From assembly GCF_009914755.1 (NCBI RefSeq), contig NC_060947.1: a stretch of 64,000 nucleotides of DNA. One strand, written 5' to 3'. The notes beneath the pieces are model-generated. The model was given only the letters and a program-made list of their open reading frames with translations. It did no database searches and was not told the DNA's origin. The position numbers were made by a program, and so were the translations under genes. This DNA is from the human T2T-CHM13v2.0 reference genome, Homo sapiens. This document shows, piece after piece, positions 24,031 to 37,011 of the stretch (position 1 is its first letter; the number at the start of each line of letters is the position of its first letter).

Positions 24031-27000
24031 ACAGCCCCCATCCTCTGAGATCCATGCAGAACCATAAAACCCTGAACCATAAAAACAAAAACAAAATAAT
24101 GAAGTTTTCCTCTCTTCTTGTTTTATGTCCTTAGGAGCTTGACCTTGTAACCGTGTTCAGAAACTTTGTCTTGGTCATCTCCACCATCTGGAGGACAGGA
24201 TTTTTGGAATTCGTGTCATAGTTAGCTCACAAAATTATCTTGAGCAAGTTAAAAGCCATTTCAAGCTCAAAATTCACTGCTCTAGCCTCCTTCTGGGAAG
24301 AGAAATGGAAACTGCCTAATGCTGCAGTTTAGTAGCTAAGGCTTTGTCTTTTTCCAATGGCAGCATGGGTTCAGAGTTAAATTCCTGGCTTAGGGAATCA
24401 GTGCTTTCTGCTTGATATCTGTGTGACCTTTGCCATTTATTGATTCTCTGCTCCTCCATGAACAATATCTGACTTTCCTTCTTAAATTTTTCTTTCTCTA
24501 AGCTACTTTGGAGATTCTAGATCCTGTAAAAACTGCTAGCCACCTTATTGAAAATACCCTGTACACTTGTGGTTAAATCATAACCTTAGTTAAGGCTTAT
24601 TGATTTCGCCTGTGAGGTTACTTTTTGTAAAGTTTAAAAGCCAGAAATATTGGATGTATGGTCTACCTAAAGCAGGGTAATAAGATATTTAAAAGAATTT
24701 ATTTAAAAGCATGCTATGATTAAAATTCAACTTTTATTAAAAGCAGATATCTAAACCATGCATATATTTAAAAGGTCTTTATATTTTTTTTCTCTTCTTG
24801 GATTGTGTTTTCCTGTAGTAAAGGGTTTTTTTTCTTCTCAATCAGCTGAATTGTTTTTCTCCATTTGTCTTCTTGCCACTCTTGATGCACAAATGAAAGG
24901 ATCTAAGATAGTTTCTAACAGCCTGGGACATCTTGGGAAAAACGGAGAAAGTGAGACAAACCTCATTTTGGGAAAAACTTCTGTTTTCCTCAGAAAGCCA
25001 CAGGAATTGAAAGCAGATACATTTCTCTCAAAATCTAAGGCTCTGTTCTGTTTTGCATTGCATTATCTGATGTTTATGACTTTTGTGGATATCAGAAATT
25101 ACTTCACGTTATGAGAGCGCTTTAGTGTATAATCACTAGGTAGGAAATATACTTTTAGGGGTGACTACTTGCAGTTAAGGTGGGATATGCATCTCTTTAC
25201 ACGTTTGGATCAGAGACGCATGCTCTTGCCCACATAGAAGATATGGCGATCTCCTCACTCCCCACTGAGAGGTAAGACTCCCATGGGAGATGGACTGATT
25301 CCTTCCTTATATGGAATCCAGGATCTGGTATAAAAATGGGACCCTTAATTTTCAGGGATCTGTTTTGCCTTCCAGATGTGCCTGCCTGCTTATTAGGCCC
25401 TAGAACCTGCATGCTTTTCTGGCCCTGTTTCTCAAAGGGCTCCACCCTGTAGCCAGTAATCCAAATAAGAAACTTAAAATTAACAAATGAAAAATCTTAC
25501 AACTACTGAATCTTCTGCCTCTCTGTGTATTTATATGTGTTGCGTGTGTGATGGTTATATATGAGAGAGCTCTGAATGATTGGCTTAAAAATAATAAGAG
25601 CTTAAATCAAATATTTTTTCAGAAAAATAAAAACTGTAATGCATTTTGTTTCATGTTACTTAAGTAATCTTTAATAAATAAAGACAGTTTTAAAGATTAT
25701 TGGTAAAATAAAAAATCTTCAGAAATTTAAACATTTGGTCTAAATTAGGCAGGTAAGACATCCAGTTTTCTAAATGCTTTAAGGTCATAATCTGCTTCTG
25801 TGACTATTGAAAATTGTTCAACTTACCTGTTTGGGAACCATTTGATTTTAGGTAATGCCTGGGCACGTGTGGAGTTATCCATTCCCTCTGGCTACACAGG
25901 AAAGGGTCAGAGCTCATCTGCACTTCTGTCTAGTGTCCCAGGCTTTATACTTAATAATTAAAATCACTTACTTGCCAGGTTTTTCACCAAAAATAAAAGT
26001 TGCTAAGAGTTAACATTGTAACATGTAGTTGAGAGTACTGAAGAAACAGTGTTACGCACAAGGTGTGTTGGAAAGTAAAATGCGTTTTTAGTAAAAGATT
26101 ATAAGAAGGCATGGAAATGTGGATTTTTTTTGCCTAGATTAAAGGGTTAAGGCTTGTTTTAAGTTAGATAGGAAAGATCTCAAGGTTTGCACAAGTTGTG
26201 AAAGGTTTGTAAAAAATTAATCTTGTAAAAGAAATTCTGTGTGTGAACATATTGGCTAAAGTTAAAAGGGTATTATTCAGTTTTCCAGTAAATTGAATAT
26301 TAGACTAAAACCATGACAGGTTTTTCTTAGAGAATTTTTCTGCTTTTTAACAAAAACATGGTAAAGGGTTATGAAAAGCTTATGAGAATCTTAACTTATG
26401 GTCAGACTGAATAAAAGTGTATAGATTTCTCTATGAGGTTTTATTAACAAATGGGTTTGACATCAATAGTACACTAATGCAAAGGTAATACCTGGATTTC
26501 TTTCACCTGTATTTGTATAAATGTATTATTGGTATGTGTCCTAAAGTTATGCAAAACTCCTATAATTCTGATATGACTTAGTATATGTTATCAGTAATAA
26601 TTATTGTTATATAAGATTATTATGTGCCACAGAAATAACAAATTTCCTTGTCAATTGTGTCTTTGACTGTGGCTGCCCTTAGACATTTTGTTATCCACAG
26701 ACAATTGTTTTGTTTTAATTTTATAATCAGCTGTAGGCTTAAATGCAGGTTTCTGATAACTTTGGAGATTGTGACATTAAAATAGAAGAAAAGCTTTCAG
26801 GACTATCATGGAGAGCTGAAATGTTCATGAATATCAATCAGAACAGGAGTGAACTGCATGGAGTAAATGTTCTAGAAGAATTAAATAATCCTTTTGTGAT
26901 TTTTTTCCTTAAAAAGTTGCAAATCCTTTGTTTTTCAAAGCCAAGAAGACTTTTCTTTTGAGCTATTTATAGCTTTTAACAATTGAGTAAAGTATACTCC

Positions 27001-27960
27001 TATAAAAAATTTTGGAGCATATTTCTACCAGATTTCTCCAAAATTTGGAAGCCATTTGTGAGTATTCTTAACATATGGCAATTTAGTTATTTGCATAAGT
27101 GCAATAAGAATCTGTCTTCTTTTACAACAGACACAATTGGAGAAACTTGGTTATTTTAGCAAGGCTTTGACTGGAGTGATGTGCTTTGATTCCTTTTTAA
27201 GGAATCGAATGTGACTTACACAGCCAATGAAAGCCCCTTGGGAAAACTCACCTTACACTTTGTCTAAACAGTCCCTGTACAGGGTTCCTGACATGTGGTA
27301 AGTAGAGTGTCACTTTCTAACAGGCCCAGGAGCCCTAAGTTTTCTTGGGACCTCAAGAGGGGGGAGATTTACCCAAGTTATACAGGTATTTGATGGCATA
27401 AACTCATGAGTGGGCTTAAGGCTTTAAAAAGAGTCTTATCTGAGATTCCTTATCAAATAAAGTTCCCTCAAAGCCAATTTAAAAAGAGCCTATATGGTAA
27501 ATAATTATTCTTGCTGTGCTTTATCCAAATAATGAGATCATGTATAATAAGACTAAAGCTTATTTTGCAAACAAATCAGTCTTATCATAATTTGTTTTTA
27601 ATAAAATTGAGGATTGGAGAGAGAAAAATTATGTTTCAAGAACTATGGTACACCTATTATTATATTCTAGTCCCATCAGTTGTTCTTGAATCTTTGTCTG
27701 AAATTTAGACTAACCTTGCTTATTCCTCCTAACCAAACAGTGATCTCTGGCTACAGCTCAGAAGAAACAAAAGGGATGGGTAATGTAAAGTTCTAGATCA
27801 ATATTCTAATTCTGGAGGTATATTGGAATTGACTAGCAACCTCATAAACCCCAAGTTCTAGTAGGCATGACTATAACCACCAACTACCTAGGCATGTTGG
27901 CAGCCTCAGGAAATTTTGGAGTCATCCTCACCCCCTTATTTTGTTTTAACATTCTTCTGC

Positions 27961-28254
27961 TTTTTTTTTTTCTTGAGACAGAGTCTTGCTTTGTCCCCCC
28001 AGGCTGGAATGTAGCAGCACAATATTGGCTCATTGCCACCTCCTCTTCCCAGGTTCAAGTGATTCTCCCACTTTAGCCTCCTGGATAGCTGAAACTATAA
28101 GCATGCACCACCATGCCTGGCTCACTTTTGTGTTTTTGGTAGAGACAGGGTTTTGCTATGTTGGCCAGGCTGATCTCAAACTCCTGGCCTTAAGTGATAT
28201 GCTTGCTTCAGCCTCCCAAAGTGCTAGGACTACAGGCATAAGCCATGCCCAGCC
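27961..28254 (-). mobile_element. Alu (diverged AluS/J)
   Basis: Antisense Alu flanked by a perfect 18-bp target duplication ttgttttaacattcttct (27941-27958 and 28255-28272). Confidence 0.95.
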
Positions 28255-28627
28255 TTGTTTTAACATTCTTCTAAATCTAATAACTCATTTTGTCCCCTCT
28301 CACCTTCAGGCCTTCAAGCTCCAGATAATCCTCAGTGAGGTATACTGTCCGCTCAATATCCAAGAGTCACCCTTCTACAAGGGACCTCTAGACTGCCCAT
28401 AAGTGAGACATGACAGAGGTAAAGTCATGCTCCTGTCTCCCTTGGACCTGGCTGGAAACTGCATTCATCAACCCATGGAACCACCCCCCTGCCATGAAAG
28501 CTAGCAAGAGGCCAAGACCCACAGAACAACCACCATCATCCCTCTGTCAGCAGGAAGCGGTTACAAAAGACTAACCTTTGCCCATTTTCCCCAAAGAATT
28601 GGGGTCTTGGAATCTTGAGGGAGGAAA

Positions 28628-28673
28628 TGTTACAGTAGGTAGCTAGTCAGACATGAGCAGAGCAGAAGAGGGC

Positions 28674-28713
<40 letters not shown>

Positions 28714-29500
28714 CACACACAAAGAATCCTGGGCAACCATCAGGCGATTGTAAGGTGGTTGTTAACTGTGTCTCTAAAATAACGATTGGTCACAACCAGT
28801 GCAATGGAAAGGCAGTCTCTCAATAAACAGAAACACCTGGAGCTGATGATCAGCAGCTTCCTGATCAGGTCTCAGAAGTTTGGCAAGCTGGCCTACACAT
28901 GCGCACTAAGAGGCAAAATGGCACAGTTTAACTGGTATATGACTTCCAATGGACATTCAGCATGTAAGGGAAAAATGCCTCAAGTAAGCATGCATACAAC
29001 TCCACTAAACACACTGTGCATGCTCCCCTCTCAAGTGCTGGCAGGCCAGTGCACATGGGGACAGCCCACCCCAAAGAAAGTCTCAAGGGTGTAGGGATGC
29101 AAGACCCCGGGAATATGCCAATGTATTAAACCCTAAGTCAAAAGGTCAAATCATGCACTTGTCTTTCAAGTCACCCACTTGACCCTCTTCCAAGTGTACT
29201 TTCCTTCCTTTTGTTACTACTCTAAAGCTTTTTAATAAATTTTCACTTTTTGAATTCTTGTCTGCAACTTAGACTAACCTTGCTTGTTTCTCTGAACCAA
29301 CCAGTGATCTCTGGCTCGACTCAGAAGCAACAAATAGATGGGTAATGTAAAAATATGGATTAATATTCTAATTCTGGGGGTACAAATCTAAAATTTGCTT
29401 CAGTCTCTCCTTCTACCTATGCCCCTCAGTTAAATTCTTTCTTCTGAGGAGGCTAGAATTGAGGTTGCTGCAGACCTGTACCGATTCACCACCAGTAGCA
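28628..29500 (+). mobile_element. 3' LTR, MER50-like, with a (CA)n run and a 139-bp extra segment
   Basis: Homologous to 19208-19921. AATAAA at 29234-29239. Insert at 29248-29386. Confidence 0.87.
28676..28710. repeat. (CA)n microsatellite inside the LTR
   Basis: Seen directly. The 5' LTR has only cacatacacc at this position. Confidence 0.95.
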
Positions 29501-29760
29501 GGTACTAGAAAGATTAAGGAGAGGAACATTCTGGTTATGAAGGTCCAATTCTCTTACCATATGTTCCAAGTTGTTTTTTTGTTTTGTTTTGTTTTAATTC
29601 TCTGTAGTCCTGGGAACTGCCTCACTCTCATATTTGAGTTCTGGGATATTGTTGGTGATAGTCTCTGCAGTGTATATTGGTTTTTATATTTTGTGGAGGG
29701 GGAGTGAAGCCAGTTTGCTTCTATGCTGCCATTTTGAAACCCTGCCACAAGTCATTTATT

Positions 29761-31090
29761 CCTGTTGTTGGAAAATATTCCATTGATTAGGTGTAATACC
29801 ATTTGTTTATCCATTCACCTATTGGGAAAGATCTTATTTGCTTCAAGTTTTGGCAATTGTAAATAAAACTGCTATAAATCTGTGCAGGTTTTTGTGCAGA
29901 TAGAAGTTTTCATCTCATTTGTGTAAATGCCATAGAGTGCAGTTGCTGGATTGTATGGTTAGTAAATTAGTCTATTTTTATGCTGCTGATAAAGACATAC
30001 AAGAGACTGGCTAACTTATAAAGAAGCAGAGGTTTAATGGACTCACAGTTCCGTGTGGCTGGGGAGGCCTCACAACCATGGTGGAAAGGGAAAGACATGT
30101 CTTATATGGCTGCGGGCAAAAGAGAATGAGAGCCAATGAAAGGGGTTTCCCCCTATAAAACCATCAGATCTCATAAGACTTATTCACTACCTCGAGAACA
30201 GTATGGGGGAAACTACCCCCATCATTCAATTATCTCCCACTGGGCCCCTCCACAACATGTGGAAATTATGAGAGCTACAATTCAAGATGAGATTTGGTGG
30301 GGACACAGCCAATCATATTAGTAAGAATATGCTTACTTCTGTAAAAAGCTGCCAAACTCTCTTCTAAATTGGCTGTAACTGTTTGCATTTTCATTAGTAA
30401 TGAATGAGAGTTTCTGTTGTTCCACATCCTCTCCAGCATTTGGTGTAAGCATTTAGAATTTTAGACATTCTACTAGGTGTATCATGGTATCTCCTCGTTG
30501 TTTTAATTTATAATTTCCTGATGACAAATGATGTTGAGCATATTTTATATCATATATATGTACACACACACACATTCTTTGGTCAGATGTCTGTTCAGGT
30601 TTTCAGCCCATATTTTAATTGGGTTGTTGCTTTGTTCAGTTTAAAGAGTTATTCATACATTTTAGAGCTCAGTCCTTTATCAGATATGTATTTTGCAAAG
30701 ATTTTCTTCCAATCTGTGGCTTGTATTTTCATTCTCCCAACAGTGTCTTTCACAGAGCAGAAGTTTTTATTTTTAATAAAGTACACCTAATCAATATTTT
30801 CTTTCATGTATTGTGCTTCTGGTGTTGCATCTAGAAAGTCATCACCAAACCTAAGGTCACCTAGACTTTCTCCCATGGTATCTTCTATTAGTTTTATAGT
30901 TTTTAGCTTTAAATTTAGGTTTATGATTCATTTTAAATTAATTATTTTTGAAATGTTTAAGATCTGTGTATAGAATCTTTTTTGCATATGAATATCCAGT
31001 TGTTCCAGCACCATTTGTTGAGGATTGCTTTTTCTTCCTGGAATTATCATTGCTCCTTTGTCACAGAGCAGTTGACTGTGTGGATCTACA
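29761..31090 (-). mobile_element. L1MC-type LINE, continuation of 4771-5273
   Basis: Resumes the L1 3' UTR / ORF2-end antisense (aatattccattg...tttatccattcacc...ctgccaaactctcttc). Interrupted by a THE1 LTR. Confidence 0.82.
29963..30320 (-). mobile_element. THE1B-like solo LTR
   Basis: tgctgctgataaagacatac...caattcaagatgagatttggtggggacacagcc. 5-bp target duplication gttag/gtaag. Confidence 0.9.
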
Positions 31091-34048
31091 CACAAATTTA
31101 AGCCAACAGCTGTTGCAGTTCTATGTTTATAATAATGTTTAAATTTTGAATCCAACTATTAATATGAATTTTAAGCCACTTCTCTGTCTCTTTTGATTTG
31201 AATGTGGAGGGTGTCATTTACTTCAGAAGGTATGTAAAAGAGATGTGCAACTTAGAAAAATCAAAATAAATTTTAGCATAAATATTCAACACAGAATGGA
31301 AACAGAATTTTACTCATGTAGCTAAATATGGAGCCCCTATCTGACTATATTAGAATATATAATTGTTAACATTATTTGCCAAGTCAAAAATAAAGACATT
31401 TGGGAAATTTTTCCTTTAAGTGCATTATTTGTATTAAAATAAAGTGATTGATATGCATGGTGTGAAATTTATGTTAATTAGTATGAGGCTAATGATTGAA
31501 ATTTTAATACTATTAAATGTTTTTTCAGAATATAAACATTTAACAAATCAATAAAGCATAATTATTGCAGTAAGAGAGTTCACTTCTAGATCTGACCATT
31601 ATCACCTTTATAACCCCATCTTCTGAGTATAAACAAGAGCTAATAAAAATGAAAATAGAATGATAAGAGAGGGAACAATTTGACTGAGATCTTCTGACTT
31701 TATACTAGATCATACTGAATGGGAGATAAGCAATTTTTCTTAAGTTCTTTTATAATCATTTTTAAAAATATTTTATTTTCAATAAGATCTTGTTCTCATG
31801 AACTTATAATTCATAGTTTCATTATTATGATTGCAAAATGTTGCAACCAAAACTTGATGAGACATTTTGGAAGCCACCCTCATCCCCTTTTTCTGGTTAG
31901 AGCATAACAAGAGACGGTAGGTTGACATTTATTAGAAACTATGTGCATAGTTCCATTCTTTCCACCTTTTCTCCTTTCTTTGTAATTCTTAAAGCTTACC
32001 TGTGAAATTTTATTGTTAGTGAACTTAGAAATGCCATCATGTCTTTCTGGTTTAATGTCAAAAAATACACTGAATGCTAGAGCAAAGCTTGTCAGACTAT
32101 TTGCCACCCACAAGGAAGGGGAGTAAAACTTTTCATCAAGGGTTTCAGGGTAACTTCACTTGTTCATTGTAGTTTACCCCATCCCCTTTCTGTAGTTGGC
32201 TCTGTCACGTGTCTCTGTTTCATGTCATAGTATACATTTATTCTCTGTAATTTACAGAGCCAAAATATATTAGTATTATTGGGAAGAAAACCAGGCTTCA
32301 CTACAGATGAGGTGAGGCATTAGGTAAATGTTCTGTGCCTATTTCCTTATATTCTATGCCTATTTCCTTATGTTCTAATAACTGTGTAATAATAATGGAC
32401 TGGCCCATGAGAAAATAGCTAACGTGTTTCTACTGCATGCAACTCTGCACTCCTGACCTCAGGGAAATGTGAGAAACTCATTTCAAGGGGTTAAGATTGC
32501 AGGAAAGGTGAAAGCAAAAACACAAATGGAGTAAACTCAGGCTCCAGTTTCACATACATTGAGATCTGCTGGATAATTGGATTTAAACCATTTTGTCGAA
32601 GAATGCTAATTTATATATATATATAATATAATATATATTTATATATGTGAATATGGATATATAAGGATTTCATAATTTTCATAATTTTAGAAGATCCTCT
32701 GTTCATTTTTCTCTGAGTAGTAACATGGAGGAAAGTGCTTGACATTAATATGAAAAGGTCTTAACCCTATAATGAAAAAATATTTTTGTGTATAGAAGGC
32801 CACTTAAGGTTGCTGCCTCTAGAGTGAAAATACTGTAGATAAACTTTGCCTATTGGAATTTATCCTTGGAGATTTTCAATATGGATATTTCCCATCCCTG
32901 TGTGCAACATCCTCTTTATGGGAGAATAGCTTTGTACTTTCTGCAGTTTGTTAGCTTCAGCAGTGGTCATGATGTAACTAGACACCTGTGCAATTACATT
33001 GCTTTTCCAAACTTTTTTAAACCTATTCATATAGCATAGGTGAGAAGAAAAATACTATTAAAGATAGTTTAACATGTTCTCATGTACCTCATCTATATTA
33101 TACATTAGCTTTTGTTTTTGAACTGGAAGGCACGTTAGAAATTGTTAATGCCCTAGTTACATTGAATTACCATAGTAAGCATTGACTGTTGTTTTGGATT
33201 CTAGAAACTAGGACCAGTTTTAGTGCTTTACTCTTTGAGGTTAGTCACTCATTTAATCTAACCAGTAGTCACTCTCAACCAAAGCTGTGGTTTCTCCAGA
33301 GTGGAACTGTGACTTAACAGTCAGCTCTCAGTTTGCCCAGTAATATACATCACCAAAGCCAAATAAGCCATGTTGTTATTTTTTTAACTTTTATTTTAGG
33401 TTCAGGAGTACATGTGTAGGTTTGTTATATGGGTAAATGGCATGCCATGGAAGTATGGTGTACAAATTATTTCATCACTAAGGTAATAAGCATAGCACCC
33501 ACAGATAAATAGTTTTTTGATCCTCACCCTCCTCCCGCTCTCCACACTCAAGTAGGCTCTGGGGTCTGTTGTTCCCTTCTTCATGTTCATGTGTACTCAA
33601 AGTTTAGCTCCCACTTATAGGTGAGAACAAGTGGCATTTGGTTTTTTCTTCCTGCATTAGTTCACTTAGGATAATGGCCTCTAGCTCCATTCATGGTCCT
33701 GCAAAGGACATGATCTTGTTGTTGTTGTTGTTGTTTTAATGGCTACATAGTATTTCATGGTGTATATATACTATATTTTCTTATCCAATCTACTATTAAT
33801 GTTCATTTAAATTGATTCCATGTCATTGCTATTGTTAATACTGCTGCAATGAACATACATGTGCATATGTTTTTATGGTAGAAAAACTTATATTCCTTTA
33901 AGTATGTACCCAATCATGGGATTGCAGGGTTGAATGGTACTTTCATTTTAACTACTTTCCATAATGGCTGAACTAACTTACATTCCAACCAGGAGTGTAT
34001 AAGACTTCATTTATCTCTGCAACCTTACCTTACCGGCATCTGTTATTT

Positions 34049-34350
34049 TTATTTATTTATTTATTTTTTTGAGACGGAGTCTTGCTCTGTCTCCCAGGCT
34101 GGATTGCAGTGGCACTATCTTGGCTCACTGCAACCTCCACTCCCAGGTTCAAGCAATTCTCCTGCCTCAGCCTCCCAAGTAGCTGTGATTACAGGTGCCT
34201 GCCACCATGCCTGGCTAATTTTTTGTATTTTTAGTAGAGATGGGGTTTCACTATGTTGGCCAGGGTGGTCTCAAACTCCTGACCTTGTGATCCACCTGCC
34301 TTGGCCTCCCAAAGTGCAGGGATTACAGGCAAGAGCCACCACACTTGGCC
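34049..34350 (-). mobile_element. Alu, AluS (Sg-like)
   Basis: Antisense Alu with a (TTTA)n tail. Target duplication ggcatctgttattt / agcatctattattt. Confidence 0.95.
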
Positions 34351-36653
34351 AGCATCTATTATTTATAGACACTTTAATAATAGCCATTCTGACTGCTGTG
34401 AGATGGTATCTCACTATGGTTTTGATTTGCATTTCTCTAATGATTAGTGATGTTGGAATTTTTTCATATGCTTGTTGGCCATGTGTATGTCTTCTTTTGG
34501 GAATTTTCTGTTCATGTTATTTGCCCACTTTTTAATGGCATTGTTTGGTTTTTGCTTGTTAATTTATTTAAGTTTCTTATAGATTCTGGATATTAGACCT
34601 TTATGGGATGCATAGTCTGCAATATTATCTCCTATACTTCAGATTGTCTAGTTAATCTGTTGATAGTTTCTGTTGCTGTGCAGAAGCTCTTTAGTTTAAT
34701 TAGATCCTATTTCTGAATTTTTGTTTCTGTTGCAATCACTTTTGGCATTTTTCAACATGAAATCTTTGCCAGAATGCCTATGTTCAGAATGGCATTTCCT
34801 AGGTTATCTTTCATGATTTTCATAGTTAGAGTTTTTACATTTAAGTCTTTAATCCATCTTGAGTTGATTTTTATATATGATGTAGGGAAAGGGTCTAGTT
34901 TCAATCTTATGCATATGGCTAGCCAGTAATGCCAGCGCCATTTATTTAGTATGCAGTCCTTTGCCTATTGATTGTTTTTCTCAGCTTTGTTGAAGATCAG
35001 ATGGTTGTAATTGTGCAAGTATATTCCTAGGCTCTTTACTGTGTTCCACCGGTCTATGTGTCTGTTTTTGTACCAGAACCATGCTGTTTTGGTTACTGTA
35101 GCTTTGCAGTATAGCTTGAAGTCAGATAGTGTGATGTCTTTGGCTTTGTTCTTTTTGCTTAGGATTGCTTTGACTATTCTTGCTTTTTTTTTTTTTTTGA
35201 GGGGGATTTCCATATAAATGTTAAATTTTTTTTCTAATTCTGTGAAGAATGACATTGGTGGTTTGATAGAGAATTGAATCTGTAAATTGCCATGTGTAGT
35301 ATAGCCATTTTAACATTGAGTCTTCCTATCCACGAGCATGGAATGTTCTTCCATTTGTTTGTGTCATCTCTGATTTCTTTGAGCAACTTTTTATCATTCT
35401 CATTGTAGAGATCTTTACCTTCCTAGTTAGCTGTACGCCTAGGTATTTCTGTTTTGTTCCTGTTGTGAATGAAATCACCTTCTTGAATTGGCTCTCAGCT
35501 TAGACATTGTTGATATATAGAAAAGCTACTAATTTTTGTACATTGATTTTGTATCCTGATACTTTGCTGAAGTTGTTTACCAGATCCAGGAGCTTTTGAG
35601 TATAGACTCTGGGATTTTCTACATAAAAATCATATTGTCTGCAAACAGAGATAGTTTGTCTTTCCCTCTTTTTATTTGGATGCCTTTAATTTTTTTCTCT
35701 TGCCTGATGACTCTGGCTAGCACTTCCAGCACTATGTTGAATGGCAGTGGTGAGAGAGGGAATCTTTGTCTTGTTCTGGTCCTCAAAAGTAATGCTTCTG
35801 GCTTTTGCCAATTTATTATGACATTGGCTGTGGGTTTTTCATAGATGCTTCTTATTATGTTCAGGTTTGTTCCTTTAACACCTAGTTTCTTGAGGGATTT
35901 TTAACATGAAGAAATATTAAATCTTATTGAAAGCCTTTCCTGCATCTATTGAGATGATCATGTGGTTCTTGTTTTTAGTTTTGTTTATGTGATGAATCAC
36001 ATTTATTGGTTTGTGTATATTGAACCAACCTTGCATCCCAGGGATAAAGCCTACTTGGTGGTAGATTAGTTTTTTGATATGCTGCTGAATTTGGTTTAAT
36101 AGTATTTTTTTGAGTATTTTTGCATCTATGTTTATCAAGGATATTTGTCTGAAGTTTGCTTTTTGTGTTGTGTTTCTGGCAGGTTTTGGTATCAGAATGA
36201 CACTAGTCTCATAGAGTGAGTTAGGTAGGAGTCCCTCCTCAACAATTTTTTGGAATAGTTTCAGTAGAAATGGTACTAGCTCTTCTTTACATATCTGGTA
36301 GAATTCAGCTGTGAATCTGTATTGTCCTGGGTTTTTTTCTGTTTGTTAGGGTTTTATTATTGATTAAATTTCAAACTCATTGTTGGTCTGTTCAGGGATT
36401 CAATTTGTTCCTGGTTCAATCTTTGGAAGTTGTATGTTTCCAGGGATTTATCCAATTTTTTTCTGGGTTTTCTAGCTTGTGTGCATAGAGGTGTTCATGC
36501 TAGTCTCTGAGGGTTTTTTGTATTTCTGTGGAGTTGGTGATAATGACTTCTTTGACATTTCTCATAGTGTTTATTTGCATCTTCTTTTTTTTTCTTTATA
36601 AGTCTAGTTAGTGGTCTATGAGTCTAATTTATTCTTTCAAATAACAAAGTCCT

Positions 36654-37011
36654 TGATATGGTTTGGCTCTGTGTACTCACCCAAATCTCACCTTGAATTG
36701 TAATAATCCCCATGTGTTGTGAGAAGGAACTGGTGGGAGGTAACTGAATTATGGGGGCAGTTTCCCCCATACTGTTCTCGTATGTGAGTGAGTCCTCATG
36801 AGATCTGACGGTTTTATAAGCATCTTGCCTTTCCCCTGCTAGCATTCATTGTTTCTCCTGCCACCCTTTAAAGAGGTACCTTCCACCATGATTGTAAGTT
36901 TCATGAGGGCTCCCAAGCCATGTGGAACTGTGAGTCAATTGAACTTCTTTTCTTTATAAATTATCCAGTCTTGGGTATTTATTTATAACAGCATGAGAAC
37001 AAACTAATACA
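36654..37011 (+). mobile_element. THE1D-like solo LTR inside the L1
   Basis: tgatatggtttggctctgtg...ctaataca, with a perfect 5-bp target duplication GTCCT (36649-36653 and 37012-37016). Confidence 0.93.

Larger units (their letters stand above)
19208..29500 (+). mobile_element. ERV1-class provirus with two LTRs, MER50-like (MER4 group), non-coding and deleted
   Basis: Direct repeats at 19208-19921 and 28628-29500 both start tgttaca...gtagctagtcagacatgagcagagcag. 4-bp target duplication ggtg/ggta. Polypurine tract gagggaggaaa at 28617-28627. gag, protease and env-tail relics inside. Confidence 0.88.

Noticed and set aside
27986-28402. 138-aa ORF (and similar ORFs at 34104-34535, 11156-11383 and 53812-54003)
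   Set aside because: These are Alu-derived reading frames. The LQAFKLQIIL tail is only an env C-terminal relic, not an intact env.
31880-32113. Minus-strand ORF crossing a cag|gtaag donor near 31995
   Set aside because: No convincing upstream acceptor and no recognisable protein.
32330-32375. 21-bp tandem duplication (similar small ones near 6620 and 37700)
   Set aside because: Ordinary slippage-type micro-duplications.
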